The notes beneath the pieces are model-generated. The model was not told the DNA's origin. It saw nothing but the letters and a program-made list of their open reading frames with translations, and ran no database searches. Position numbers and translations under genes: made by a program. From an uncultured Gemmatimonadaceae bacterium (GTDB lineage: Bacteria > Gemmatimonadota > Gemmatimonadetes > Gemmatimonadales > Gemmatimonadaceae), in contig CAWHHI010000020.1 in assembly GCA_963829055.1 (NCBI GenBank), positions 672,001-736,000 on the forward strand: a stretch of 64,000 nt of DNA, read 5' to 3'. This document shows, in pieces, positions 40,942-53,031 of the stretch (the first letter of the stretch is position 1; every line of letters starts with the position of its first letter).

Positions 40942-43900
40942 CTACCATCCCGGTTGTAGGAGGAATCCCCAGACGCCACTGCGTCCGGGACGTTGGAACG
41001 GGTGCGCGTAGTACACCTGGAACACCGCGAAGCCGAACAGATTGATGCGCGACGCGATGCCGGTGCTCACCACGGGCGTGCGATCGCCTGACGTGGACGA
41101 CAGGTCCCACACCGGTCCGCTCGCGTTCGTCCAGGCCACTCCGGCATCGACGAACGGCGCGATCTCGATCGGAGGCAACGGACTCGAGATCAGACCGAAG
41201 CCACTCGTGCCGAAGAGCGGAATGCGCAACTCCGCATTCGCCAACGCGAGCCTGCTCCCGACGAGGCGATCGAACTGCGCACACGAGCTGCCCGCCAACC
41301 CGCCCGTTCCATTCGTACAGTCGCTGTTGTTGTACGAGTCGTACGAGTACCCGCGAACGAGCGAGCCGTCGCCGACGTACAACGCCCCTATGCGGTCGGC
41401 CTCCGCGTCCCTGCCGTAGAGCCCGTAGTGCATGCCGCGCATGGCGAGCGTGAACGGCTTCATGAAGATGTATTTCCGGAAGTCGGCCAGCACGCTGGTG
41501 TAGTCCAGCGTCCCGACGGTCGGCGACACCTCCAGCCGATACCGCGATCCCGAGATCGGCGACGTGAACCCGAACGACGATGCGTCGCCGACGAGCGCGA
41601 CCGACGCCGACGTTAGGCCCAGCCCGGTAGGAGCCGGCAGATCATTCAGGCCACTCGTGCGGCCGTTGAATCCCTGCGTCGCGGACTGGATGCTGTAGCC
41701 GTAGTGCGTGTAGCCTGTGGAGAACTCGATCCGACGCGTCTGCGACAGCGGGTACTGCGCGAGGACAGAGAGATTGTCGATCGCGACGTGCTCGAACACG
41801 TACTGCGCCCCGCTGTTCGTCAGGGCGCCGTAGCTGTAGACGTACGGCGTGCGCGATACATTCACTCCCCAATTCCAGCGACTCGCCGTGTTGAGGTACA
41901 TCAACTGCCCACCGATGTCGCGCAATTGGCCGGACGCCTGAACGGCGACACCAATGCTCTGATTGCCGAGCATGTCGCTGAAGTACGCCGACGCGCCGCC
42001 AGAGAACTGCGTGCCGAGCACGCTGTTCGATCCCACACCTAACGACGGCTGGCCGATGGCGGCAAGCCGGAACGCCGTACGGTACGGCCGCTGCGCGATC
42101 GCCGAGTCGGACGGCAAACCACGGTCGCTATCCTGCAGGTACGCGCTCACCGTGCTCGGCGCGCCCGTCCGATCGGCCGGCAATATCGCCGCGGACGTCG
42201 GCGGACGTATCGGCCTTGGTGCTATCGCGCGAAGGGACGATCGTGTCCGCCGCGCTCCCATCCATCTCCGTCCGCGATCGGACGCTTCGTGTCCTTCGTC
42301 ATCGGCTCGCCCTGAGCGCGCTCTGCCGGCAATGCCGAAATGTGGAAGCCGGCCTTGTCGAACACGGAGAACAGGAGGCGGCCATTCTCTCGGGCGACCG
42401 CAATCGCCGGCGACGTCGCCGTCACGCCGCTCACACCGGTCGCTGCGTGCGTGACACGGAACGTGGCGCCGGTTTCGATGACCTCGCGATAAATGTCGGT
42501 GAAGCCACCGAGGTCGGAGACGAAGTACAGCGACTTCCCGTCCGCCGAGTACTGTGGATTGATGTGCTTCGCGCCTGGCGTGCCTGGCAGCACGCGCACG
42601 TGCCCGCTCGCGACGTCGATGAGCGCGAGCTTGAGGCGCGAGTACCGCAGCCGCTGGAAATCACTGCCCGCGTTGGCGGAGTCCGATCCCTCTGCACCAC
42701 GGTCGGTCACGAACGCGATGGTGCGTCCGTCCGGCGACCATGCAGGCTGCATGTCCGCGAATCGGTCGTTCGTGAGCTGGCGGATCGCGCCGGTCGCGAT
42801 GTCGTACAGATAGAGATCGCTCAGCCCGCCCTTCATTCCCGAGAACGCGAGCCGACGTCCGTCGGGCGACCAGGCGACGGTCGACACGGCGCCGATGTCA
42901 CGCGGCTTGAAGTGCTTCGTGATCCTGTGCGACTTGACGTCGACGATGTTGATCTCGTTGTCGCCGTCCGCGTACGTGATGAACGCGAGCTGCTTCGCGT
43001 CAGGCGACCAGCTCCCCGCCGAGTAGAGGAAGCTCAACGCGTCGAAGTGCGACATGACGCCCGGCGCCGCCAACTTCCCCCGCACCTTCCCCGTCACGGC
43101 GTCGGCGAGGTAGAGATCGATCCCGGTGAGACCGCGCGACGAGTAGTACGCGACGAGCCTCCCGTCGGGACTCACCGCTGGCGAGATGTTGTAGTCACCG
43201 TACTCACCAGAACCGACGATCACGCGATCGCCAGTCTCCATGGGCCGCGTACGCCCCTCCACGAACGGTGTGTACTGGGCGCGGATCGCTGAGCGCCACC
43301 GCGTCGACAGCGAATCGGACGACATGCCGAGCACGCTGCTGATGGCCTCATCGAAACCCACGGACAGCGACGCGCGGTACAAGCGCGGCACTGTCTCGTC
43401 GCCCCACGTACCACCGATGTACGCCCACAGCGCTTCGCCGTAGCGGTACGGGAAGTACTTGTTGCCGTTCGTCAGCTGCTTGATCGTCGGGAGGTCGTTG
43501 CGCAGCACGGCGTCACGCAACCACATGGCCGTGTGCGCATCCTCGCCACCTAACGAGAGATACTCGGCCATGCCTTCCACGAGCCAGAGCGGAAGGCGAT
43601 CGAGCGACGCGCCGTTCGACTTCGACTCCACGATGTCGTACTGGAATACGTGCACCATCTCGTGACCGAGGACGTGGTCGCTCTCGGCATACGAGCCGGT
43701 AAGCGGCAGAACCATGCGGTCGAGCATGGACTCCGTGACGCCGCCGGTCCCCTCATCGAGCTGCTCCGAGATGACGTTCGTCTGCTGGAAATCGGGCTGA
43801 TCGGCGTAGAGAACGATCGGCTTTCGCGCGCTCAGCGGGTGATTGAAGAGCGCGGACAGCCGCGTGTTCCACCGCTCGAGCATGCGAGCCGCATCCTCGG

Positions 43901-44150
43901 CGGCTGGCTTCTCGGAGGCGTAGTAGTGGATGTCGAAATGCGGTGTGCGCAGGACGTCGAACTTGAACTTCTCGTACTGCACCTTGTTGCGGCCGAAGTA
44001 CTGAGCGTTTGCCGTCGAGGCGCAGCCGGCGAGGGCGATCGCGATCACCGCCGCGAGGAGGAGGAACCCGACGACGTTCGCGAGGAACGCGCCGCGTGAC
44101 GCACGAGAGGTCGAGCGAGTAAAGGAGCGGAGAGGTGAGAAGGTGCGCAT
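40942..44150 (-). CDS. Zincin-like domain + TolB-like (PD40) propeller + BamA/Omp85-like barrel protein (frameshift near 42240)
   Basis: QYFGRNKVQY, HEMVH..WLVEGMAEY, repeated WSPDG, VRGY, ANAELRIP, PFVDAG.AW, terminal W. Confidence 0.82.
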
Positions 44151-44202
44151 AACGGTATGGGTTGCCACGGATGTGATTGCTGGGTACTTCGAATTCCTGC
44201 GA

Positions 44203-46267
44203 TTACTTCGTGCGAACGAGCGTGAGCTGCACGGACGACGGCAGCGTGCTCCACTGGATGGTCGCGGTCTTCCCGGCAGCGACGGTGAAGCGCAGGTAGG
44301 CTGCGCTCCCCCCACTGACCGTGACGGCGGATGGGGTGCTGGTGAGCGTCGTGGTTGCGAGCGGGTACGCGCCGTTGCTCTGCAGCGCGCCGAAGATCGA
44401 GCGCATGTTCCACGACGGCTGCTGGTAGCGGGCCTCGGTGGACGTGACGTCGTCGGCGAGCACGGAGGTGGCCCAGTCGCGTGCCAGCGTCGTTAGGCCC
44501 GCCCCGAACACCCGTGTGAGGTTCGCGACGCCCGTTGACGTCGAGTTGACGAGCTGGAACCAGGTGGTGCCGTCGTCGCTGCCCGTGTGATCCGCCGCGT
44601 AGCGGAGGAACGACCAGGTCGCGCCGCGCGTCGCGAGATCATCGTTGTCGGCGAACGCCGAGTTCGAAGACGGCGCACCGAGATACTCGCCGAGGCGCGC
44701 GAAGTTGGAGATCGCCTCGTTGTTGAAGGCGTCGATGTACGCGGCCGACGTGCGCAGCAGCGTCGCGTCGATGTTCGCGCGCGGCTTGAGCCCCGTCCTG
44801 GCGTAGAACAGCAGCTCCTCGGCGACGTGAGCCAGGCCTTCGTCGAGCCACGTTTCCTCGAAGTCCGTCGCCGCGGTGTTCACGTACATGCGACGCGACG
44901 CGTTGATGAGGTGCTGATACTCGTGGCCTAGCGTTCCGATCACGACGTTCGTCACGGCATCTTTCGCGAAGCGGTTCCCGTTCACGACGCCGGTCGGGTC
45001 GGGCACCATGAGGTAGAACATCTCGCCGCCGTTGCTCGACGCGCAGGCGTCGAAGCCGGCCGTCGAGGTCGCGGGAAACAGGTCGCGGGCGTAGAAGAAT
45101 CCCGCGACGTAGGATGTACTGCGCGCCGGCGTCAGCTCGTTCACGGCGCGCGTGAAGAACAGCACGACGTGACCATTGCCGTCGATGTCGGTCGGAGTGC
45201 CGAACGCCTTCGTGTCGGTGGGATCGACGAGGGTATCGAACGTCGACGCGATGGACTGGTAGTCCGCGTCGGTGTAGCCGGACGCGGGGTTCGTCGTGTC
45301 GGCGACGACGATGGCCTTGCTGCTCACGGCAGCGATGCGTCCCGTGCGCATCATTGGCGAGTTGCACGCGGACTCGGCGTTCGCGTTCAACGTGACGAGC
45401 TGGCCAACAGTCGCCGTGCTCGGGATGACGCTGAGCGACAGGCCGGGCACGAGCCCCGACGCGGTCCGCTTCCGGGCAGTCATCCACGCCCTGGCGCCCG
45501 GGATGAGCGGCGCCAACTCGCGCGCTTCGGTCGCACGGAGCCTGGCGTCGAGGGCGCGAGTCAGCGCGAGCGAGGACAGCGCCGTCGTCGACGGCACCGA
45601 CGTGCCCGCAAGCAGGTTGAACGAACCAACGGTCGGCGTTAGGCTCGCGACCGCGGTTGCTCCGACGCCGCTCGCCTGCATGGAAAGGACAGCGCTCGAT
45701 TCGGTGAGCGACTGGTTGAACGGAACGAGCGCGAACTCGCCACCAGCGGTCCCGCCCGAGATGCACAGCGATGTGCCGCCGAGACCCGTCAGGACTTGCC
45801 CGAGCGTCAGCGCCGTCGAAGCGCTCGAGCAGTCCGTGCTCGCGATCTGCGTGGCCGTCGCAGTGGCGCGAGCGACGATCGCTGTACTCTGCACCGTTGC
45901 TGTCACTTCGACTGCGCCTGCCGCGCCGCCGAGCGTGAGTTGAGTGGACACGGTGCCGTTGGCGTCGGTGACCGCGGTCGTGGGCGACAGTGTTCCGGAG
46001 CCAGCCGTGATCGAGAAGGCGACCGTGACGCCCGACGACGGGCGCGTCTGCTGCGGTGGTGACCTCGAAGACGATCGGAGAGGTCAGGGTCGCGTTGAGC
46101 GCGCCGGTCTGACCGCTGCCACTCACCGCGGCGATCGCAGCGGCGGTCGGCGTGGCCGGGCTCGTCGAGTCGCTGCATGCGGCGAGCACACCGACGCACG
46201 TGATCGCCAGCGCATGCATTGCAGACATGAATGTTCGGCCGCGAGGGGCGGTGATTCGCGAGGGCAT
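44203..46267 (-). CDS. Lipoprotein with Ig-like domain and zinc metallopeptidase (M30-like) domain
   Basis: LAAC lipobox; FGTPTDIDGNG, GFFYARD, GTLGHEYQHLIN, WLDEGLAH; indel near 46030. Confidence 0.78.
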
Positions 46268-46369
46268 CACAGTCTCTACATTTCGTGTGGTGGTGAGCGA
46301 CAACGTGTGACTTTCATTTCCTGAAACACGCGAATGCGGCGATACCCTATCGGCGCGAGCGAGCGCAGT

Positions 46370-46404
46370 GAGTCGAGGAATCGCGGCCGTCCGCTCGGAA
46401 TGAC
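46370..46404. repeat. Truncated palindromic element, type A
   Basis: GAGTCGAGGAATC...CGCTCGGAATGAC. Confidence 0.65.
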
Positions 46405-46519
46405 ACGCGTTAGGCGCCGGATGGAACCTCATCGAAGTACAGGTGTATGAACCGACGGAGTCGCGTGAGTAGGGGTAGCCACGCGTTGGCGTGTTGCTCC
46501 ATCGTCGACCATTAAGGCG

Positions 46520-49102
46520 ATGACCTTCGACGCGACTCTTCCCCGCTCCGGCTCCCGGATGGCTTCCAGGTTCAACCGCGGCGCGTTCTATCGGCTGTCG
46601 CTGTGCCGCTGTTGGCGCCGGCATCGCACCGCGGCCGCGGTGCGCAGGCGTCGTGCACGAAGACGGAACACGCAGCCACGGTAGCCGTGACCCAATGGCA
46701 GCCACCGCTCGATCGCCTCGTGTCGATCCACGAACGCGGCGTCTCGTTGCGTGACGCGCTCGACCGGCTCGCTGCGGCCGCCAAGCTCCGACTCGCGTAC
46801 TCCGCCGAGTTGTTGCCACTCGATCGGCGCGTCTGCGTGAGCTACAGTCGATCTCGGCGGGGCCGCGTTGGTCGAGTTGCTCGACGACGCGAACGTCGAG
46901 CCGGTCGTCACGGATACCGATCGCGTGGTGCTCGCCCCGGCGGCCCAACCAGTCCGCGGCGTTTCGGCGGAGGCCGTGTCGGCGCGGCGTCCGGGCGTGC
47001 TCGAACGCGTGGTCGTCACCGGCACCGTCAACGGATCCGCGCAGCGCGCGATGCCCGTCGCACTCGATATCGTAGAGGGACGCGAGCTCGAGCGACGCGA
47101 TGCCCGATCGCTGTCGAGCATCCTCGACGGCTCGGTCCCCGGCATCTGGATATGGGAGCAGTCGCCGACGAATCTGCTCGCGCGTTATGCAAGCATTCGT
47201 GGCGCGAGCTCGTTCGGCATCAGCTACCCGAAGGTCTACATCGACGGCATCGAGGTCGCGAACTCGCTCCTCGTCACCGAGCTCGATGTCGAGTCAGTCG
47301 ACCACGTCGAAGTCATTCGCGGCCCGCAGGGCGCCGCGCTGTATGGGGCCGATGCGATCAGCGGCGTCATCAACATCGTCACTCGACACGATGGCGTCGA
47401 CGGTGGCGCACCGCGCGCGCAGCTGCAGACTGGCGCCGGCGTGGCTGGCAGCACCTACAGTGCGGATGGCGTGCTCGCGCAGCGTCATTCACTGACGATG
47501 CGCACGGGGACCGGCGTGAGCTCCGCCGGCCTTGGTCTCTCGATCTCCACCCTCGGCGACTTCATTCCCGATGCATACGATCGCCGCTTCGGCCTGAATG
47601 CCAGCGCGCGACGCGTCGCACGCTCGGCCATCATCTCGGGGACCGCGCGATTCGCCGCCCAGAATGCGAGCGCACCGGCGAGTCCGCTGTTGGCCGAAGC
47701 AGATACGTTGGCGCCGCCAGCCAACGACTCGAGCTATCGCCAATCCGTTCGCCAGTACACACTCGGCGCGACAGCCACCGTTCGGAGCGGCGACCGGTGG
47801 ACGCACGCAGCCGTCATCGGTCTCGACGGCTACCGCCTCGAGGACGCGTCGGCGTTCGGCACGCCGTTCACGTCCGCAGCCGATTCCGCATTGCGCGCCG
47901 CGAGTGGGTCGGCCGCGCGCGGTTCGGTGCGCGTGAGCAGCGTCGCGCAGCTCGGCGCCGCCGAACATGCATCGGGGTCGCTGACACTCGGGCTCGAGCA
48001 TTCCGCGGTACGCGAGGCGAGTCGCCTGACGACTGCCTTTGGACCTGGCCCGGAGCGCGATGACTATGGAGCGACCGAACGGACCGTCAACTGGCGGAGC
48101 AACACCGGGCTCATCACTCAGGTGAACGGCGCTTTCCGCGACGCGCTGTTCGTGACCGGTGGAGTGCGTCTCGAGCACAATGGTGGTGTCACCACCAGCG
48201 AGCGATACGCGACGCTCCCGATGGTCGGTGCGGCGTTCGTGCGCGACCTGGGGAGCACCGCCGTGAAGTTGCGCGCCGCCTATGGCAAAGGCATTCGCCC
48301 ACCGGAGACGACGAGCCGTGCGACGTCGTGGATGGGGATGCGCGGATCGGCCGGCGCTACTGAGCTTTCGTCCGAGGTTCAGTCCGGCGTCGAGGGCGGA
48401 CTGGACATTCTGCTCGGAGGAATCGCCGGGCTGCACATCACGCGCTTCGACCAGCTCGTCTCGGGACTCATTCAACCAGTCGCGGTGAGCGGCACGACGC
48501 CCGATCAGGGCCCTGGTCGTGGCGGTGGAGGAGGTGGTGGCGGTGGCAGCGGTCCTGGCGGACGTGACCGTATTGCCTACGTGTTGCAGAACGTCGGCGA
48601 GATCACCAACCGTGGCTGGGAGTTGGCCGGGTCGGTTGGGGCCGGCGGCTTCTCGGTGTCGAGCGCGCTATCTTTGGTTGAGAGTCGCGTCCGTCGTCTT
48701 GCAACCGGATATAGAGGCGACCTCCAGACCGGTGATCGGATGCTCGAGGTGCCGAAGCGCACGCTCAGCGTGACGACGTCGTACTCGCGGGGACCATGGT
48801 CCACCTCGGTAACGGGCTCGCGAGCCTACGACTGGGTGAACTACGATCGACTCGCGCTCAGCGAAGCACTCGCAAGTGGTCAGTTATCCTCCCGAGATGT
48901 AGTCGGAGCGAAGCTTCGCGCGTTCTGGCGCGAGTACCCCGGCGTGAACCGCCTGCGGGCGAACCTCTCGTACGACCTGCGCCGGACGTTGTCGCTCGTC
49001 ATTGCCGGCGACAACCTGCTCGATCACCAGCTTGGCGAGCCCGACAACGTGACGGTGCTGCCAGGCCGGACCGTAACGGGCGGGTTGCGCGCGAAGTTCT
49101 GA
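46520..49102 (+). CDS. TonB-dependent receptor with N-terminal STN-like domain, paralog 1
   Basis: LRDALDRLA..YSAELLP, LERVVVTG, PKVYIDGIEV, VEVIRGPQGAALYG..AISGVINIVT, terminal AKF; start approximate. Confidence 0.85.
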
Positions 49103-49295
49103 GCGGTTGCCACTCGAACGCGTTGGCCCGAAACCCGCTAACGCTTGTGGCCGGCATTGCCTGCATCGGTCACGCATTCGTTGTTGATGCCAGGTGCGCG
49201 CTCGTCGAGGGTGCGCCCCGTGTGAGGTGTTACGTCATGACCCGGGCACACATCGGTGTGTCCTTGGGCATTACCTGTTGGAGTAAAGGAGCATC

Positions 49296-49838
49296 ATGGC
49301 AGTTGGAGGACCGTTCACGCCGGGGCACGTGTCTGCGCTCGCGACGCGTGCCAGCGAGCTGGAGCGCATTGGTGAGGAAACGCAGAATCCGCACGCGCTC
49401 ATGCGTGCCGCGCGACTGTACAAGTTGGCGGTGAGCATCACGAATGACATCAACGGCGAATCGACGCCGTTCACATACGGCGATCTCGCGCGCGTGCGGG
49501 ATGAGTTACGCACTCTCGCGACCGACACCGCGATTGCGGGCATGCTCGGCGATCACGAACTGCCGTCGCGGGCCGAGATCGACGCGAGCGGCACCGTTAC
49601 GCGCCTGTTCCGCGAGATCGCGGCGCGCATCGAGCGTCGCTTGCCGGCGAGGACATCCGCCTCGTACGTCGCCGCGACCCGGAACCGCGCGCCTAACGCC
49701 GGTGGTGGCGTCGCGAGAGGTATGTCATCCCGAGCGGCAGCGAAGCGGCAGCGAGGGATCTCCCGTGATGTCATTGTAGCCGGTCTGGCCACGAGTACTT
49801 CACAGAAGGTCCCTCGTCGCTCGCGCTCCTCGGGATGA
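49296..49838 (+). CDS. Hypothetical protein
   Basis: AAAGGAG RBS and helical-looking sequence; the 3' part reads through a repeat element, so the true stop may be TAA near 49696 if there is an indel. Confidence 0.5.
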   Translation: MAVGGPFTPGHVSALATRASELERIGEETQNPHALMRAARLYKLAVSITNDINGESTPFTYGDLARVRDELRTLATDTAIAGMLGDHELPSRAEIDASGTVTRLFREIAARIERRLPARTSASYVAATRNRAPNAGGGVARGMSSRAAAKRQRGISRDVIVAGLATSTSQKVPRRSRSSG

Positions 49839-49839
49839 C
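49724..49839. repeat. Palindromic intergenic element, type B
   Basis: GTCATCCCGAGCG...GGCCACGAGTACTTCACA...CTCGGGATGAC. Confidence 0.9.
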
Positions 49840-49925
49840 AGTGGAGTCAATCAGCTCAATCCGATAAATCCGTTGCGCTTTCGTCTGCGAGGCAGGTAGC
49901 GCCAGGCTCGAACTCGCTACGTCGA

Positions 49926-50726
49926 TCACCCCACCTGGACGCCGAGATTGATGATGCCGGCGTAGCCCGAACCACTCGCCGACGCCTGCAGCGTCAGCGC
50001 CGCCTTGGCCGCCGTCGAGAGACTATTGTAGATGCCGTCGGTGGTGTTGACCGTGTCGCGCCGACCTTTGCTGTTGTACGGGCTGAGCGCGTGGACTTTG
50101 TCGGTGAGCGACTCGTCGAAGAAGAATTGCGACGTGAACTCGTAGGTCTTCGCCGTCCCGGCGAAGAGGCGCAGCTTGAAGTGCACGTGCACCGCGCGGC
50201 CCTGATACCACCCCGGATACACCGTGGTGAACGCGGCAACGCCATTCGCATCGGTGATCTGGTATCCGCGCAGGAACTTCTTCCCGGCGCCGCCCGTGCC
50301 GTTGCCGTTGCCGGACACGTCGGAGTACGTGCCTGACGAGTCGCAGTGCCACACGTCGAGGTACGCGCCCGTCAGCGGCGTGCAGGCGTTGCTCGCGAAT
50401 CGCGTGACGTTGAACGTCAGCGAGAGTGGAACACCCGTCGAGATGACGCCAGTCGTCGGATCGGAGCGGATGTCAGAGCGATTGAGCTTCTCATCGACGA
50501 AGTACGGGCCTTCGGTCAGCGCGGCAGTCAACACACACGACGACGACGGGGCAGGCGTCGTGGTGCCCGTCGTGTCGGTGCCCGTCGTGCCGGTGACGTC
50601 GTCGGAGGCACACGCGAGCAGCGACTGCGACACGATGACGGTCGCGGCCGCGTTGGCGGCCATCCCGAATAATTTCCGCCGATCGACCTTCACAGCGGCG
50701 GCAGATGGATCGAAGAGTCTCTTCAT
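49926..50726 (-). CDS. Intradiol ring-cleavage dioxygenase-like protein, probable Tat lipoprotein
   Basis: DRRKLF plus LLAC; TEGPYF, DVWHCD, LRGYQITD, YPGWY.GRAVHVHFK. Confidence 0.85.
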   Translation of the reverse strand: MKRLFDPSAAAVKVDRRKLFGMAANAAATVIVSQSLLACASDDVTGTTGTDTTGTTTPAPSSSCVLTAALTEGPYFVDEKLNRSDIRSDPTTGVISTGVPLSLTFNVTRFASNACTPLTGAYLDVWHCDSSGTYSDVSGNGNGTGGAGKKFLRGYQITDANGVAAFTTVYPGWYQGRAVHVHFKLRLFAGTAKTYEFTSQFFFDESLTDKVHALSPYNSKGRRDTVNTTDGIYNSLSTAAKAALTLQASASGSGYAGIINLGVQVG

Positions 50727-50937
50727 TGTTTCGGCCTAACGTGAATGAGGCAGCGGACGCATGTCATCTGCGGGTGAAACACCTGGCGTCCGGCAAACCC
50801 TTACTGATCGAGCTGGAAAATGGCAGCAAACGATCGAGTAGGGGTACTTCGCGCCTCGCGTGTTTCTGGCAATGTCCACGTCGGTGGCGAAGCGCGAACG
50901 GTTCGCGCAACCCACCGGCCATTTCCGGAGCAACGTC

Positions 50938-52012
50938 ATGAGGCGCAGCAACATCCGCGCGTGGTACCGCCTCGCTGTCAGTATCACGCCACTGGTCGGC
51001 GCCGCGTGTGCCGACTTCAACTCCCCTCGTCAGTCGTCGCTCACGACCAGCCGCGTTGACTGGCGCATTCTCCACTGTTCCCGTCGGCTACGGTGATGTC
51101 ACCAGCAGCTTCGTCGGGACGTCAGCGGCCTCGGTATCGAGCGCCGGCTTCTGGCTCGGCGGCGGGCGCAGGGGCAGCATGGACCGCGGCTCGCTCATGG
51201 GCGGCGGACTCGCGGCCAACTTCAGCGGCGAAGGCGAAGGCTTTGGTCGCGGCGTGCGGTAACCGCGGTCCGTTCGGCGGCGGACTCGCCTGCACAGGGA
51301 CCTTCAATTCCGCCACCGGCGAGTCGACCTGTGCAGCCGAGACGCGGAACGGTCTCACGATCGCGCGGTCGGCTCAGTACAAGGATGCCGCCGGCGCCGT
51401 TCAGCAGGCGTTCGACTCGGCGACGACGAACTCCGTGAACACGCAGAGCACGGTCACGGGCACGGTGACGTACACGCCTGACAGCAACTCGAACCGTGGC
51501 CCCGGAGGCGGGAACTCGGGACCAGGCGGTCGGTGGTCGCGGACGCGCCTGCTGGGGTGACGGACGTGGAGCGGGCGGACTGCTCCTCGGTGACACGGCG
51601 ACGATCGTGAGCGCGACGACGAGCGTGAACAACACGAGCGAGCGCACGGTGACCGGACTCGCGAGCGGTAGCACTCAGCGCACCGTGAACGGCACGTCGC
51701 GCGGTCAGGAGTCGACCACGGGCGAGTCGAGCCGCGGGAAATTCACGGCCACGCGCGTGGCCGGCGACACGACGGCTGGAGTCGTGATCCCCGTGACGAC
51801 GACTGGCAGCTAGACCTATCCCACCGCCGGCACGGTGATTCGTGCGATGCAGGCGAACCTGACGTACGAAGGTCAGGCAGCGACGACAGTGACTCGCGCG
51901 CGAGGTCGTGACGTACGACGGCAGCGCGACGGCGAAGGTCGTGATCACGGAGAACGGCACGACGCGTAACTGCACACGTCCCCTGCCGCGCGGGCCGCTG
52001 ACGTGTAGCTGA
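50938..52012 (+). CDS. Hypothetical Thr/Gly-rich lipoprotein (several indels, one in-frame TAG at 51811)
   Basis: GAAC lipobox; continuous protein-like sequence across ORFs 51008, 51093 and 51496, ending RNCTRPLPRGPLTCS. Confidence 0.6.
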
Positions 52013-52062
52013 CCTTCGGTTGGACGCTGTAGCTCTGGGAATCCGAGGGGAACACAACGAAT

Positions 52063-52085
52063 GGGGTCAGACTCGAGTCTGACCC
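52063..52085. repeat. Short palindrome GGGTCAGACTCGAGTCTGACCC (possible terminator or small REP)
   Basis: Perfect inverted repeat between convergent genes. Confidence 0.65.
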
Positions 52086-52092
52086 TTCAGTT

Positions 52093-52226
52093 GTCATTCC
52101 GAGCGGGTGTCATTCCGAGCGAGCCGAAGGCGAGTCGAGGAATCCTCGGCGTCCCGGTAGAGAGCCCTCTACCGTTATGGTCTCGATTCCTCGACTGCGC
52201 CGCTTCGCGACTCCGCTCGGAATGAC
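52093..52226. repeat. Palindromic intergenic element, type A
   Basis: Two GTCATTCCGAGCG, core GGTAGAGAGCCCTCTACC, CGCTCGGAATGAC. Confidence 0.9.
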
Positions 52227-52235
52227 ACCCGCTAC

Positions 52236-52777
52236 TCAGTCCGGCAGCCACGGCGCGAGACGCTCGCGCAGCGTCCGCAGCGCCTTTCCCATCTGCGCCT
52301 CGACCGTCTTCACCGAGATCCCCAGCGCGCGCGCGATCTCCGCGTACTTGAGCCCATGCACGCGACTCAGCTCGAACACCTCGCGACATCGATCCGGCAG
52401 CGACTGCACGGCGCGCTGCACGGCGACGTCCAGCTCCTCCTGCGACGACCCCGACGTCGGCCTGCGGCGTCGACGAGCTCTCGCCACGCACTTCGGGCTC
52501 ACTCCGCTGCTCGATCTTGAGATGCCGAAGGTGGTTGAGCACCCGGTTCCGCGTCGCCTGAAACAGGTACGCCTGCGCGGACCCATCGCACGACAAGCGT
52601 CTCGCGCCGCCGCCAGAGCTCGAGCATCACGTCCTGCACGAGCTCCTCGGCCACCGCTCGGTCGCGCAGCATCCGCTCGGCCGTTCCCACGAGCGGCCCG
52701 TACCACGTGCGGAAGATGGCGTCGAACGCTGTGGAGTCCCCCTGCCGGAGGCGGTCGAGAAGGCTTGTATCGGTCAA
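52236..52777 (-). CDS. ECF RNA polymerase sigma-70 factor (frameshifted)
   Basis: AEELVQDVMLELW; LPDRCREVFELSRVHGLKYAEIA..LGISVKTVEAQMGKAL. Confidence 0.88.
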
Positions 52778-53031
52778 CCGGAGTAGGCAACGGAACGGGA
52801 GACGCTGGAAGCTGGGATGGTCGTGCGGTGGCTGGGTGACGCTGAGTGACCAGCGCGGCAACCAGCGTCACCGCGAGCAACAAGCACGACACACCCAGCA
52901 ACAAGCTAGTTGTTCAGCAGGAAGGTAGTTTCGCCGTAGGGGTACACGTCCGGCTCGGGTGTATTCCATCGAGGCGAATCCAGTGCATCTACCATAATTT
53001 TCCCGTTCCGGTCCGCCGTCCGTCGAGCCCC

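Noticed and set aside
44639..46948. Long 769-aa ORF and other Arg/Ala-rich shadow ORFs (e.g. 23395..24708, 15781..17127, 46603..48063)
   Set aside because: Alternative-frame or antisense artefacts of high GC content overlapping recognisable genes; only indel-shifted fragments belong to real CDS
49123..49140. Second sigma-54 promoter candidate TTGGCCCGAAACCCGCT
   Set aside because: GG-N10-GC spacing fits, but the -12 element is poor and such matches are frequent at this GC content
51811..51813. In-frame TAG in the lipoprotein gene as recoding (pyrrolysine or readthrough)
   Set aside because: It lies in an error-dense region, TAG serves as a normal stop in other genes here, and no pyl genes are seen; a base error or nonsense mutation is more likely
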